A DNA stretch of 64,000 nucleotides. Origin: Longimicrobiales bacterium. Its GTDB lineage: Bacteria > Gemmatimonadota > Gemmatimonadetes > Longimicrobiales > Gaopeijiaceae. The position numbers were made by a program, and so were the translations under genes. Below, piece after piece: positions 47,650 to 59,150 of the stretch (its first letter is position 1; each line of letters opens with the position of its first letter). The notes below the pieces were generated by a model. The model did not search any database, had not been told where the DNA came from, and was given only the letters and a program-made list of their open reading frames with translations. The stretch is taken from assembly GCA_965229435.1 (NCBI GenBank), contig CBDDJE010000005.1, positions 32,628-96,627 of the forward strand. Direction: 5' to 3'.

Positions 47650-47854
47650 AGGCAACTCCAGCTCGGGTCCGACTTCATGACCCCGGAGGGTCACGTTGGG
47701 GAATTTGACGGTCGTCGGGCTTTTCCGCACGGGGTCGGGCCTCTTCTCACGGGGGCGGATGGGATGCCGGCGAGGGGGCCTCTCCACCTGGCCGGGCTCG
47801 CCTGTCGCCCATCCGTCCAATAGCTTCCTGGCTGTCCCAGGACAGCGAGGATTC

Positions 47855-48826
47855 GTGGACGAAGCCCAACCCTGCAGCCGGCGCAGCTTCCTGCGCCGAT
47901 CGGCCGCGAGTGTGGCCCAATTGGGCGCTCTCTCCGCCACTGCCCCCCTTTGGCTCCCCGAAGGGTGGGGTGCTCGGCTTCAGGCGGCGCAGGAACGCTT
48001 CCCGGTGGTGGCGTCGGAGCCGTGGGGACGGCTCTTCCGCCTCGGCGATGGTGTCTGGTCGCTGGTCTCCAACCCCTCGGGCGACCGCACCACGCTCTGC
48101 AACGGCGGCATCGTCCAGGGTCGAAGCGGGGTGGTCATCGTCGAGTCCTTCGCCTCGGATGCGGGCTTCGAGTGGATGGCCGAACAGGCCCGACTGCTCA
48201 CCGGGCGCGATCCCACCCACGTCGTGCTCACCCATTATCACAGCGACCACACCGGAGGCCTGGCGGCCGTGGGTCGGAGCGGGGCTGAACTACTCGCCAC
48301 GCCGGTGACCAGGGACTACGCACGATCCAACCGCGGCGCACCGAATCCCGTCCTGAATCGGGCGACGCCCCTCGATACCATTCGTCCCACCGAGATCGAT
48401 CTCGGTGACCGGTCCATCATCCTCGTACCGCGACGGGGCCACACCGACTCGGACCTCACTGTCGAAATCTCGGAGCCCAGCGTCGTCTTCTGCGGGGATC
48501 TGGTGTGGAACGGGATGTTTCCCAATTACATGGACGCTACGCCCTCGCGACTGACCCAAGCGGTGACGCTGATCCGGGCGAGTCAGGCGGGTACGTACGT
48601 GCCCGGTCACGGACCGTTGGCCGATGGCGCCGCGGTCGAAGGGTACCTCGAGCTGTTGCTGCATGTGGAGGCGGCGGCCATGGAGGCGATCCAGTCGGAT
48701 GTCACCGCGGAGGAGGCCGGCGCGGCGTACCGACTGCCCGAAGGTCTGGAGGAGTGGACGACGTTCGGGGACGACTACTTCACCCGGGCCATCCGTGCCT
48801 GGATGGAAGAGATCGCCAGACCGTGA
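47855..48826 (+). CDS. Tat-exported metallo-beta-lactamase-fold hydrolase.
   Basis: Tat motif SRRSFLRRSA plus hydrophobic stretch. The MBL motif HYHSDHTGG matches HxHxDH, with further His/Asp ligands (GHTDSD, PGHGP). A GTG start follows an RBS. Confidence 0.6.
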   Translation: MDEAQPCSRRSFLRRSAASVAQLGALSATAPLWLPEGWGARLQAAQERFPVVASEPWGRLFRLGDGVWSLVSNPSGDRTTLCNGGIVQGRSGVVIVESFASDAGFEWMAEQARLLTGRDPTHVVLTHYHSDHTGGLAAVGRSGAELLATPVTRDYARSNRGAPNPVLNRATPLDTIRPTEIDLGDRSIILVPRRGHTDSDLTVEISEPSVVFCGDLVWNGMFPNYMDATPSRLTQAVTLIRASQAGTYVPGHGPLADGAAVEGYLELLLHVEAAAMEAIQSDVTAEEAGAAYRLPEGLEEWTTFGDDYFTRAIRAWMEEIARP

Positions 48827-50016
48827 GCCATCGAGGCAGGATCGCCATCCTCACCGGGGGTGGGGATGTACCCGGTCTCAACCCCGCCATCCGGGCTGTG
48901 ACGCTGCGGGCGAACCGGGAGGGCTACGACGTCCTCGGCATCCGACGTGGGTGGGGTGGCCTGGTCGATGTGGTCCCGGACCCTGAGGCGGACAACTCCG
49001 GTGCCGTGGTGGAACTCACCAACGCCGTGGTGAGGACCGCTGGACGGACCGGGGGAACCTTCCTGCACTCGTCGAGGACGCGGCCCAGTCATCTCCCGAG
49101 GGAGTACGTCCCGCCTCACCTGCGTGACCGGTACGACGCCGAGGTCAACGACATCACCCCCGAGGTGCTGAAGAATCTGGACTTTCTCGGCATCGACACA
49201 CTCATCGCCATCGGCGGTGACGATACCCTCTCATACGCTCACCGGCTGCACACCGAAGGCGCCAACGTCATCGCCATCCCGAAGACGATGGACAACGACG
49301 TCCCGGGCACGGACTACTGCATCGGCTTCAGCACGTGCGTGACCCGAACCATAGAGCTCACGCATCGTCTGCGGACATCGGCGGGCTCGCACGAGCGGAT
49401 CCTCGTCATCGAGGTCTTCGGTCGCTATGCCGGCTACACGGCGCTGGTGCCCGCTATGGCGGGCGCCTCGGACCGGTGCGTCATCCCCGAACATCCCTTC
49501 GACATCGAGCACCTCACCCGCCTCCTCGTCGAGGATCGGGCGCGAAATCCGAGCCGGTACTCGGTAGTGCTGGTCTCCGAGGGAGCCGTGATGACCGAGC
49601 AGGAGGCCATGGTCTTCGCAGAGGAGGAAACCGACCAGTACGGGCACAAGAAGCTCGGCGGGATCGGCGACCGTGTTGCGAAGGCCATCCGGGACCTCTC
49701 GCCTGGATTCAACGACGGGCGCCACATCAACACCACCAGCCAGCGCCTGGGCTACCTCGTTCGGTCCGGCGACCCTGACGCTCTCGACTCCATCGTGCCC
49801 ATGGCGTTCGGCAACCTGGCCCTCGATCTCATCGAGGAAGGGCGGAGCGGTCTCCTGGTCTGTGTCCGCGACGGCGTGTACGACGCGGTTCCCATCGACG
49901 TCGTCTTCGGTCCCGCGAAGTCCGTGGACGTGAAGCAGTTCTACAACACCGAGCGGTTGAGGCCGAACTACCGGACGTTCGAGGGCAAGCCTCTGTTCAT
50001 CATGACCAGCGGCTGA
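48823..50016 (+). CDS. pfk: 6-phosphofructokinase (ATP- or PPi-dependent PFK).
   Basis: RIAILTGGGDVPGLNPAIRAV, GGDDTLSYAHRL and MDNDVPGTDYCIGFSTCV are classic PFK motifs. The GTG start overlaps the upstream stop (GTGA). The 5' 100 codons of the ORF-track entry are non-coding-like. Confidence 0.8.
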   Translation: MSHRGRIAILTGGGDVPGLNPAIRAVTLRANREGYDVLGIRRGWGGLVDVVPDPEADNSGAVVELTNAVVRTAGRTGGTFLHSSRTRPSHLPREYVPPHLRDRYDAEVNDITPEVLKNLDFLGIDTLIAIGGDDTLSYAHRLHTEGANVIAIPKTMDNDVPGTDYCIGFSTCVTRTIELTHRLRTSAGSHERILVIEVFGRYAGYTALVPAMAGASDRCVIPEHPFDIEHLTRLLVEDRARNPSRYSVVLVSEGAVMTEQEAMVFAEEETDQYGHKKLGGIGDRVAKAIRDLSPGFNDGRHINTTSQRLGYLVRSGDPDALDSIVPMAFGNLALDLIEEGRSGLLVCVRDGVYDAVPIDVVFGPAKSVDVKQFYNTERLRPNYRTFEGKPLFIMTSG

Positions 50017-50018
50017 AC

Positions 50019-51553
50019 TCAGCCCGTGGTCGCACACTCGTCGTCGAGGTCGATTCGCACGACCATCTGACTGGGCATCCGGGCGAGGACCGCCACCCCC
50101 CCTGGGCATGCTTCCTCGATGGCGTCCAGGGCGTCGGAGTGGAGAACGCCGTTCTGTTCCAGGAGCAGATGGTCGATTCCCAGCGTCCGCCAGAGCTCGA
50201 GCTGCTCGTCGACGGTGCCCCACATGGGCTCGTCGGGGTCCGTCCGCCTCGGGTCGAACCGGACGCTCGGGCCCACCCGCCATCCCCCATGGAGGTGCAA
50301 GGCAGCCCAGTACTCCGGAGCCCCTACCACCGCGTCGGCGGGCGCCGTCCGACTCAACGCCTCCACACCGGCGGCGAGACGGTCGGCTCGTAGCCGATAC
50401 GCCTCGGTAGGCCACCCCTCGGCAATGCGCCCGGCAGTCACCGATGCGTAGCCGAGGATCCAGATCGCTCCCAGGGCGGTCGCCACCTTCTTCGGGTTCG
50501 CGCCTCCCATCTTCTCCACCACCGCGAGTGCTCCGAGGACGAGGGCCGTGAGCACCACCGGAAACCAGGGCACGATGAGTCGGCGGTCGAGGTAGGGCCA
50601 AACCAGCAGCACACCCAGGTAGACGACACCGAACCACCCCAGTGGCGGGAAGCGACGGACGAGGGTGACGAGTCCCAGCAGGACGAAAGGAGCGACGAGG
50701 ATGCCGAGGAGCCAGATGGGCGTTCCGATGACGCCGGGGAAGGTCATGGCCACCACCCGTTCACCCAGGCCGAGTGCGTGGGACGGGAGATTCGCGAGGA
50801 AGGCCCCCGGTGCCGCCAGTGTCTGACGGGCGATCCAGCCACCGTAGGGGCCCAGGAGGTCGCGGGCGCCTTCCGGGATGGCTTCGGCTGCCCTGCCCGA
50901 CCACAGACTCCACCCGGCGATGAAGATCAGAGCGGGGCCCGTCACGGCCGCCGCCGACGTGAAGCGCCGCCGGAGTAGGAGGGCGATCCCGTAGGCGAGA
51001 ACCAGGGCCAGCCCCGCGGTGCGTGTGGCGACGCCACCCAGGAGGAGTGCGCCGGTGAGTCCCAGACTTCGGCGATCGCCGTCCTCCACCCCGGGCCAGC
51101 ACGCCAGTGCCGCGGCGGTGAGTAGCAGGAAGAGGCTTTCGGAGAGGGGGATGAGCGCTGGCCGCAGGACGTCGGACGAGGCGAAGGCGATGGCGGCGAC
51201 GGCGACGCTCTCACGTCGGCCCAAGCCCGACGACCTGGCCAGCGCGATGCCGAAGAGCGCGCCCGCCCCGGCAAGGAAGGCCAGGTTGAGAAAGGTCGCC
51301 GCCATGGTCACGACACCGATGGAGTCGGAGAGAGCCCACAGGAGCGCGAGGACCATGGGGTAGAGGGGCGGAAACTTCGCTGCCGGAGGCGTGCCGACCA
51401 CGCCCGAGTACACCAGGCCGTGGCCCTCGGAGAGGGCCTTGCCCACCATCATGTAGACCCCGTCGTCGTGCCAGACCCCGACGGGAATCGGGCGCCAGGC
51501 GGCCACGCCGACGGCGAAGAGGATCAGGCCCAGCAGTAGGAAGGGCCAGGTCT

Positions 51554-51557
<4 letters not shown>
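50019..51557 (-). CDS. Polytopic membrane glycosyltransferase, ArnT/PMT-like (GT39/GT83-type), putative.
   Basis: 512 aa with more than 11 TM helices. An acidic motif lies in the first periplasmic loop (WHDDGVY) and a C-terminal soluble domain follows. This is typical of the lipid-linked-sugar transferase architecture. Confidence 0.55.
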
Positions 51558-53167
<1,610 letters not shown>

Positions 53168-53317
53168 GCTGCTTCTCTCCGTGTCGCCGTCGGTGCTGGA
53201 AGGTCGGGCCCGAGGCGAAGCTAGGCGGGTGCCCCCGTGCGGGCTACACTCTTCGCGGGTGGCGCAGGGCGCCCCGACCGCCCTGCGATTCGAGCAGGAC
53301 GAGCCCGCAGGTCGACA

Positions 53318-53355
53318 TTCGAGCCGGCACTTCGAAATACGAACCGGCAGTTCGA
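53318..53355. promoter_or_regulatory. Tandem operator-like palindromes in the fadD/creatininase divergent region.
   Basis: TTCGAGCCGGCACTTCGAA and TACGAACCGGCAGTTCGAG (perfect CGAAC-N5-GTTCG core). Their centres are 19 bp apart and they end 14 nt before the creatininase ATG. A third partial copy (ATTCGAGCAGG) is at 53288. Confidence 0.4.
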
Positions 53356-53368
53356 GGAGACGCGACGC

Positions 53369-54124
53369 ATGACGATGCTTCTGGAGGAGATGACGTGGCC
53401 CGAGGTCGAAGAGGCGGTGGCCGATGGCCGCACGACGGTCGTCGTCGCCGTCGGAGCCGTGGAGCAGCACGGCCCCCATCTCCCGCTCCTCGTCGACGCT
53501 GTCCGAGGTGACCGGCTCGCCGTGGCTGTTGCCGAGCGACTCGGTGACGCCATCGTGGCGCCCACGATCCGTGTGGGATGCTCGGAGCACCACATGGCCT
53601 TCTCCGGGACGATCTCACTCCGGAGGAATACCCTCGAGGCCATCTGCCTTGACTACACGGTGAGCCTGGCTCGCCACGGGTTCCGCCGCATCTGCTTCGT
53701 GCCGTCCCACGGAGGCAACTTCGCCCCTCTGGCCGAGATGCTCCCCGATCTCCGGGCCGCCGTGGCACCGTCGTGCATCGTGGACGCGTACACCGATCTC
53801 GTCGGCTTCATGGAGCTCTGGCGGCGGGCCGTGCGCGCCATCGCCCCGGACCTCATGGCCCGGGTGGGTGGCCACGCGGACCTCGCGGAGACTTCGGAGA
53901 TGCTCGTCATCCGGCCGGACCTCGTGCGTGAGGCACGGGCGGAGGAGGGCCACGTTCAGCCGTTCGACGAAGAACTACGGGATCGGATCTTCCGGGAGGG
54001 CTTCCGGGCGGTGACGCCAAACGGGATTCTCGGGGACGCCCGCGGCGCCACCCGTGAGATCGGGGAGGCGTGTATCGCCGCCGCCGCCGACGGTATGGTG
54101 GCTGCCCTGTCCGGTGATGCCTGA
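53369..54124 (+). CDS. Creatininase-family amidohydrolase (creatinine amidohydrolase/MftE/ArfB family).
   Basis: EEMTWPEVEEAVADGRTTVVVAVGAVEQHGPHLPL...D is the canonical creatininase N-terminal metal-binding block. Size is about 250 aa. Confidence 0.75.
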   Translation: MTMLLEEMTWPEVEEAVADGRTTVVVAVGAVEQHGPHLPLLVDAVRGDRLAVAVAERLGDAIVAPTIRVGCSEHHMAFSGTISLRRNTLEAICLDYTVSLARHGFRRICFVPSHGGNFAPLAEMLPDLRAAVAPSCIVDAYTDLVGFMELWRRAVRAIAPDLMARVGGHADLAETSEMLVIRPDLVREARAEEGHVQPFDEELRDRIFREGFRAVTPNGILGDARGATREIGEACIAAAADGMVAALSGDA

Positions 54125-55250
54125 CGGGCCTTCCGAGGAAGCGCGCGGGGCGGCGACGCCACCCCGCGTCGCCGCCTTCATTTCCGGTCATGGCTTCGGT
54201 CACGCCGCGCGAGCCTCGGCTGTTCTCGCTCGCCTTCATGCGACGACGGGTTGTCGGGTGGAGCTCTTCACGACGGCGCCCGGTTGGTTCTTCGAGGAGT
54301 CCATCGCCGGGATCTTCCGGTATCACCAGGAGACCGTGGACGTCGGGTTCCGTCAGGCGTCGGCCCTCGACTATGACCTGGAGGCCACCGTCGCGGCGCT
54401 GGGGGACATCCTGCCCTTCGGCCGGCGGGTCGAGCGCTTGGCCAAGGAGGTGGCGAAGGCCGACTGTCGCGCCGTGCTCTGCGACATCTCGCCCCTCGGC
54501 GTGGCCGTCGCCGAGGCGGCGGGGCTTCCATCAATCGTCGTCGAGAACTTCACCTGGGGATGGTTGTACGAGCCGTTGCACGTCCGTGCCCCCGAGCTGG
54601 AGGCCTTCGGGAGGGAGCTCGACGACTGGCTGATGCAGGCAGACGTCCATCTCCAGGCTCGACCGGTGTGTCTTCGACTCGAGTCGGCGGAACTCGTCGA
54701 CCCCATCAGCAGGGCGCCCCGGCGTCCGCGGGAGGAGACGAGGGCGGCGTTGGGCGTGGGCGAGGACGAACGGCTCGTCGTCGTCACCATGGGCGGCTAC
54801 GGCGAGTCCTTGCCCTTTCTGCCTCGCCTCCGGGAACGCCGCGGGGTCCGATTCCTCGTCACCGGCGCCGACGCCACGGGTGAGGACGGCAATCTCCTCC
54901 TCTTCGACAACAACACGCCCCTCTTCATGCCCGACCTCATGCGTGCGGCGGACGCGCTGGTCGCGAAGCTCGGATACGGGACCGTCTCCGAGGTCTGGCG
55001 TGAGGGCCTCCCGTTCCTCGGTGTCACCCGGGCGGACTTTCGGGAGATGGAGGCACTGGAAGCGTTCGCTCGGGCAGAGCTCCGCGGACGGGTGATCGCA
55101 CCCGGCGTCTTCAAGAGTGGAGCATGGATCGAGGAGCTCGACGCGCTGCTGGGCACGGAGCGCAGACCCCGGGAGGGCGGAGGCGCGAGCCGGGTGGCTG
55201 AGGCCCTGGCGGAGGTCGCTGGGCTCAGCCCCCCATCAGGGGGTCGGTGA
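54117..55250 (+). CDS. GT-B-fold glycosyltransferase (GT1/GT28-like), putative.
   Basis: The ATG overlaps the creatininase stop by 8 nt. The N-terminal Gly-rich motif ([15 protein letters not shown]) and two-Rossmann-domain length are consistent with MurG/MGT-like enzymes. The family assignment is tentative. Confidence 0.5.
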   Translation: MPDGPSEEARGAATPPRVAAFISGHGFGHAARASAVLARLHATTGCRVELFTTAPGWFFEESIAGIFRYHQETVDVGFRQASALDYDLEATVAALGDILPFGRRVERLAKEVAKADCRAVLCDISPLGVAVAEAAGLPSIVVENFTWGWLYEPLHVRAPELEAFGRELDDWLMQADVHLQARPVCLRLESAELVDPISRAPRRPREETRAALGVGEDERLVVVTMGGYGESLPFLPRLRERRGVRFLVTGADATGEDGNLLLFDNNTPLFMPDLMRAADALVAKLGYGTVSEVWREGLPFLGVTRADFREMEALEAFARAELRGRVIAPGVFKSGAWIEELDALLGTERRPREGGGASRVAEALAEVAGLSPPSGGR

Positions 55251-56922
55251 CCCCCAACACGTGGACCGCGATGAGACCGAGCGTTCCCACGACCAACAGA
55301 TAGTAGATCGTGGGAAGGATGGTCTTGCGCAGCGTCGACCCTTCCTTTCCCAGGAGCCCCACGGTGGCCGACGCCGCCACCACGTTATGGATGGCGATCA
55401 TGTTGCCGGCGGCAGCGCCGACGGCCTGAAGAGCGACGATCATCACGGTGGACATGGCCAGCCGCTCCGCGACGCCGTATTGGAAGGCCGAGAACATGAG
55501 GTTGCTCACCGTGTTGGAGCCGGCGATGAAGGCGCCGAGAGCCCCCGTCATGGGTGCGAAGAAGGGCCATACGGCGCCGACGTTTCCGGCTACCCACTCC
55601 GCCATGGCCAGGGGCATGGAGAGGAAGCCCGCAGCGTTCACGTCGGAGTTGATGTAGACCCGGACCATGGGCACGGTGAATACGAGGACGATCCCCGCGC
55701 CCACGAGGACGCTGCCCGACGACCTGAAGGCGGCCGCGAGGTCGCGGCCGCTCATCCGGTGGAGGGCCGCGGCGAAGAAGACCACCAGGAGGAGGATGAA
55801 GCCCGGCAAGTAGAGGGGTGTGGTGGTGGCGACGATGTCGGAGCCCAAGATGTTCGCCCACGAGATAGCCGGCGCACGGAGCCAGTCGCCGACGGGCAGG
55901 GAGGGGAGCCGGGTCAACACCAGGAGAAGACCGAGGAGTCCATAGGGGGCCCACGCCGACGCGGCGGACACACCCCGACCCTCGGATACGTCGGCGAGTT
56001 CGTCCTCCAGGCCGCTGATCCACTCCGGCTGCCATGCCGAGCGCGGAGGGAAGTCCCAATGGTCCGTGGGCAGGAGCCAGCCCTGCCGCGCAACCGCCAC
56101 GACGATGGCCAACCCCACGGGCGCCCCCAGGAGTGACGGGAACTCCGGGCCGAGGAACGTCCCGAAGAGGACGTACGGCACCGTGAAGGCGAGTCCGCCG
56201 AGGAGTGTGAATGGCAGAATGGAGAGCCCCTCTGTCCACGAGCGATTGGCGCCGAAGAAGCGGGTGAGCATGACCACCATCCAGGTGGGCATGAGCACGC
56301 CTGCGGTCGCGTGGAGGAGGACGGCCTTCGCCGTGACCAGCCGAAGGTAGTCCACGCGCGTGAGGTCCGCCGACGCGAGGGCAGCGGCGAAAGCGTCGCC
56401 CCCCAACCCACCGTCGACGCCGACGAGGACGGGCGTGCCCACGGCCCCGAAGGTGACGGCCGTGCTCTGGATCATCATGCCGAGCATGACCGCACCGGCC
56501 GCCGGGAAACCGAGGGCCACCAGGAGGGGAGCGGCGACGGCCGCCGGCGTCCCGAAACCCGCCGCACCCTCGATGAACGATCCGAACAGCCAGGCGACGA
56601 TGACGACCTGGACCCGCCGATCGTCGCTGACGCCGCTGAACGACCTCCGGATGGCCGCGACGCCCCCGGAGCGCTCCAACGTGTGGAGGAGGAGGATCGC
56701 CCCGAAGATGATGAAGAGCAGGTCGAAGGTGAGGAACAGCCCCTGGACCGACGCTGCGGCGATCCGGGAAGGGGTCATTCCCCAGGCGCCGAAGGCCACG
56801 GCTACCGCCGCGATGTAGGCGGCCGGCATGGCGTGTTTGGCGGGAATCCGGAACCCGACGAGAAGGACGCCCCCGAGGGCGATGGGGAAGAGGGCGAGTG
56901 CCGCCTGCATGCCGAGGCTCAT
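55225..56922 (-). CDS. lctP: L-lactate permease (LctP/LldP family).
   Basis: 565 aa polytopic protein with LctP-like blocks (...[22 protein letters not shown]..., ...[18 protein letters not shown]..., ...[19 protein letters not shown]...). Confidence 0.8.
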   Translation of the reverse strand: MSLGMQAALALFPIALGGVLLVGFRIPAKHAMPAAYIAAVAVAFGAWGMTPSRIAAASVQGLFLTFDLLFIIFGAILLLHTLERSGGVAAIRRSFSGVSDDRRVQVVIVAWLFGSFIEGAAGFGTPAAVAAPLLVALGFPAAGAVMLGMMIQSTAVTFGAVGTPVLVGVDGGLGGDAFAAALASADLTRVDYLRLVTAKAVLLHATAGVLMPTWMVVMLTRFFGANRSWTEGLSILPFTLLGGLAFTVPYVLFGTFLGPEFPSLLGAPVGLAIVVAVARQGWLLPTDHWDFPPRSAWQPEWISGLEDELADVSEGRGVSAASAWAPYGLLGLLLVLTRLPSLPVGDWLRAPAISWANILGSDIVATTTPLYLPGFILLLVVFFAAALHRMSGRDLAAAFRSSGSVLVGAGIVLVFTVPMVRVYINSDVNAAGFLSMPLAMAEWVAGNVGAVWPFFAPMTGALGAFIAGSNTVSNLMFSAFQYGVAERLAMSTVMIVALQAVGAAAGNMIAIHNVVAASATVGLLGKEGSTLRKTILPTIYYLLVVGTLGLIAVHVLGVTDPLMGG

Positions 56923-57013
56923 GAGCGAATGCCGTCGGGAGGGGAGGTGGGGCGGCGCGGATCAGTGCGTCCGCGCGGAACAGCGTGTCCGTCGGACGGC
57001 GCGGCGGCCGGCA

Positions 57014-57691
57014 TCAGAACGGCACGTCGAGGGCGTCACACAGGAAGCGCATGAAGGGCGATGCCTTCTTCCACGTCTTGACGAGCTGCTGCGGCAGGTC
57101 GCCGGATGTCACGTAGCTCTGCGTCAGGTTCTGGACCCCGATGAAGTCCTTCCGCTTGAGGTCTTCGATGAGCGGGTGCTCGGCGTCGAAGTCGCGAGGG
57201 GCACGCTTCAGGCTCTCACCGGCCAACTCGAAGTTCGCCTGAAAGGCCTTGGCACGGCTGACCTTCTTCCATTGGGCCGGATGTTCCACGATGTGTTCCC
57301 GGATGGCCCGCAGGGCCGGACCCTGCGGATGCCAGATTCCGCAACCCAGGAACACCTCGCCTGGTGCGACGTGGAGGTAGTAGCCGGGAGCATAGGCGTC
57401 CTTGGCGCGCTCGTGTCGGAAGTGGATTCCGGCGGCCGTCTTGTAGGGTGACTTGTCCTTGCTGAAGCGGACATCACGGTAGATGCGGAAGAGGGACCGG
57501 GGCGTCGCCTTGAAGTGCTCGCTGAGCCTCGACAGCTCCTTGCCGAAGTCTTCGATGAGGTGGAGGGCAGGCTCCTTCACATGCCGCTCGTACCGGTCCT
57601 TGTTCTCGGCGAACCAGTCCCGGTCGTTGTTGTCCTTCAGGTCGCGAAGGAAGCGAAACGTCTCCCTCGTGAAGTAGCGATGCTCGGCCAC
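57014..57691 (-). CDS. DUF2461/TIGR02453-family conserved hypothetical protein.
   Basis: FTRETFRFLRDLKDNNDRDWFAENKDRYE...RIYRDVRFSKDKSPYK... is the characteristic N-terminal block of this family. Confidence 0.7.
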   Translation of the reverse strand: MAEHRYFTRETFRFLRDLKDNNDRDWFAENKDRYERHVKEPALHLIEDFGKELSRLSEHFKATPRSLFRIYRDVRFSKDKSPYKTAAGIHFRHERAKDAYAPGYYLHVAPGEVFLGCGIWHPQGPALRAIREHIVEHPAQWKKVSRAKAFQANFELAGESLKRAPRDFDAEHPLIEDLKRKDFIGVQNLTQSYVTSGDLPQQLVKTWKKASPFMRFLCDALDVPF

Positions 57692-57770
57692 GCCTCACCT
57701 CCGTCCGGGTTCGAAGTCCGAACAAAGGACGGCGGGGCGACCGGAATCACAAGGGAGGTCGGACTCGCCG

Positions 57771-58424
57771 TCAGGGGTACAGGCGCTTCGTCGCCCAGCC
57801 TTCTCCGTCCCGCTCGAAGAGCAGCCGGTCGTGGAGTCGGTCGGCTCTCCCCTGCCAGAACTCCATGGTCGCCGGCCGGAGGCGATACCCGCCCCAATAG
57901 GGGGGTAGGGGGACTTCGTCACCGTCGAAGCGTTCCTTCATCTCGCGGACGCGTGCTTCGAGGATCTCGCGATCGTCGAGGGGGCGGCTCTGGAGGGAGG
58001 CCCACGCACCGATGCGGCTCCCACGTCCCCGGGTCCGGAAATACTCGAAGCTCTCTTCATCCGTCGTGCGCTCCACGGACCCGGTGACGCGCACTTGGCG
58101 TTCGTGGACGGCCCAGTGGAAGCAGAGCGCCGCGTTCGGGTTCGCATCCAGCTCACGGGCCTTCCGGCTCTCGTAGTTGGTGAAGAAGACGAAGCCGTCC
58201 TCGTCCACCTGCTTCAGGAGGACCATTCGGACGGAGGGACGGCCCTCGGTGTCGGCCGTCGCGAGGGCCAAAGCTTCGGGATGGAGGATGCCCGACTCCT
58301 CCGCGGCGGCGTACCATGCCTGGAAGAGATCGATGGGGTCTCCGTCGGCGTCCGCCGGCGGTATGCCACCGGCGACTCCTTTGCCCAGGGTCACGACGGT
58401 CTTGATGGATGACTTGAGGGACAT
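57771..58424 (-). CDS. pdxH: Pyridoxamine 5'-phosphate oxidase.
   Basis: RMVLLK..DEDGFVFFTNYESRKAREL..NP.AALCFHW...RQVRV.G.VE and the C-terminal WGGYRLRP...EFWQGR..RLHDR match PdxH signatures. Confidence 0.85.
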   Translation of the reverse strand: MSLKSSIKTVVTLGKGVAGGIPPADADGDPIDLFQAWYAAAEESGILHPEALALATADTEGRPSVRMVLLKQVDEDGFVFFTNYESRKARELDANPNAALCFHWAVHERQVRVTGSVERTTDEESFEYFRTRGRGSRIGAWASLQSRPLDDREILEARVREMKERFDGDEVPLPPYWGGYRLRPATMEFWQGRADRLHDRLLFERDGEGWATKRLYP

Positions 58425-58498
58425 CGAGACGAACTCCGGTGAAGACGGTGACGAGGCATTGACCCTTACCCCCGGAGGGAAGATATTTCTCCACCTGT

Positions 58499-58529
58499 GG
58501 TATCCCCCCCCCAGGGGGGGTGGGATACC
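58499..58529. promoter_or_regulatory. CsoR operator: GC-tract pseudo-palindrome in the pdxH/csoR divergent region.
   Basis: GGTATCCCCCCCCCAGGGGGGGTGGGATACC has arms GGTATCCC(C/A)CCCC that are reverse complements with one mismatch. From memory it resembles known CsoR operators. It lies 50 nt upstream of csoR. Confidence 0.6.
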
Positions 58530-58578
58530 TCGAGCGAGGTTCTCGGCTCAGGCGGCCGGCGGAAACGGAGAGAGGGCG

Positions 58579-58857
58579 ATGGCGCACGAGAGGAACGACG
58601 ACGTACTGCGGCGGCTGAAGAGCATCGAGGGGCACGTTCGCGGTGTCCAGCGCATGGTGGAGGACGGCACGTATTGCATCGACGTCGTGAACCAGATCGT
58701 TGCCATCCAGCGCGCCCTGAAGAAGGTCAGCGGGCTGGTGCTGGATGATCACCTGCATTCTTGTGTGACCGATGCAATGCGCGGTCCGGACGAAGGGACC
58801 CGGGAGCGTGTGCTGGGTGAACTCATCGACGTTTTCCAGGCTTCGGGGCGCGGGTAG
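58579..58857 (+). CDS. csoR: CsoR/RcnR-family copper-sensing transcriptional repressor.
   Basis: 92 aa. RLKSIEGHVRGVQRMVEDGTYCIDVVNQIVAIQRALKKV...LDDHLHSCV carries the Cys-His-Cys ligand pattern of Cu(I)-CsoR. Confidence 0.8.
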   Translation: MAHERNDDVLRRLKSIEGHVRGVQRMVEDGTYCIDVVNQIVAIQRALKKVSGLVLDDHLHSCVTDAMRGPDEGTRERVLGELIDVFQASGRG

Positions 58858-58928
58858 GCCCCGTCGTTCGCGGCCCTCCGGGCTACGAACCCGCCGAACG
58901 CACGAACACGACCAACAAGGAGCACGAC

Positions 58929-59138
58929 ATGACGACGAAGACCGTGAAGGTTCCGAGCATCAGCTGTGGCCACTGCGTCGCCACCATCGAGCGCGAGGTC
59001 GGAGACCTCGAAGGCGTCGGTGAGGTGAAGGCCGAGCATGGCAGCCGGCAGGTAACCATCTCGTGGGATCCCGAGACGACCGATTGGGTGGTCATCGAGG
59101 ATCATCTCAAGGAGATCAACTACCCACCCGAGGGGTGA
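58929..59138 (+). CDS. copZ: Copper chaperone, HMA-domain protein (CopZ-like).
   Basis: 69 aa with the ferredoxin-like HMA fold and an MxCxxC-type site (ISCGHCV). Confidence 0.8.
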   Translation: MTTKTVKVPSISCGHCVATIEREVGDLEGVGEVKAEHGSRQVTISWDPETTDWVVIEDHLKEINYPPEG

Positions 59139-59150
59139 CGGCAGCAGGTC

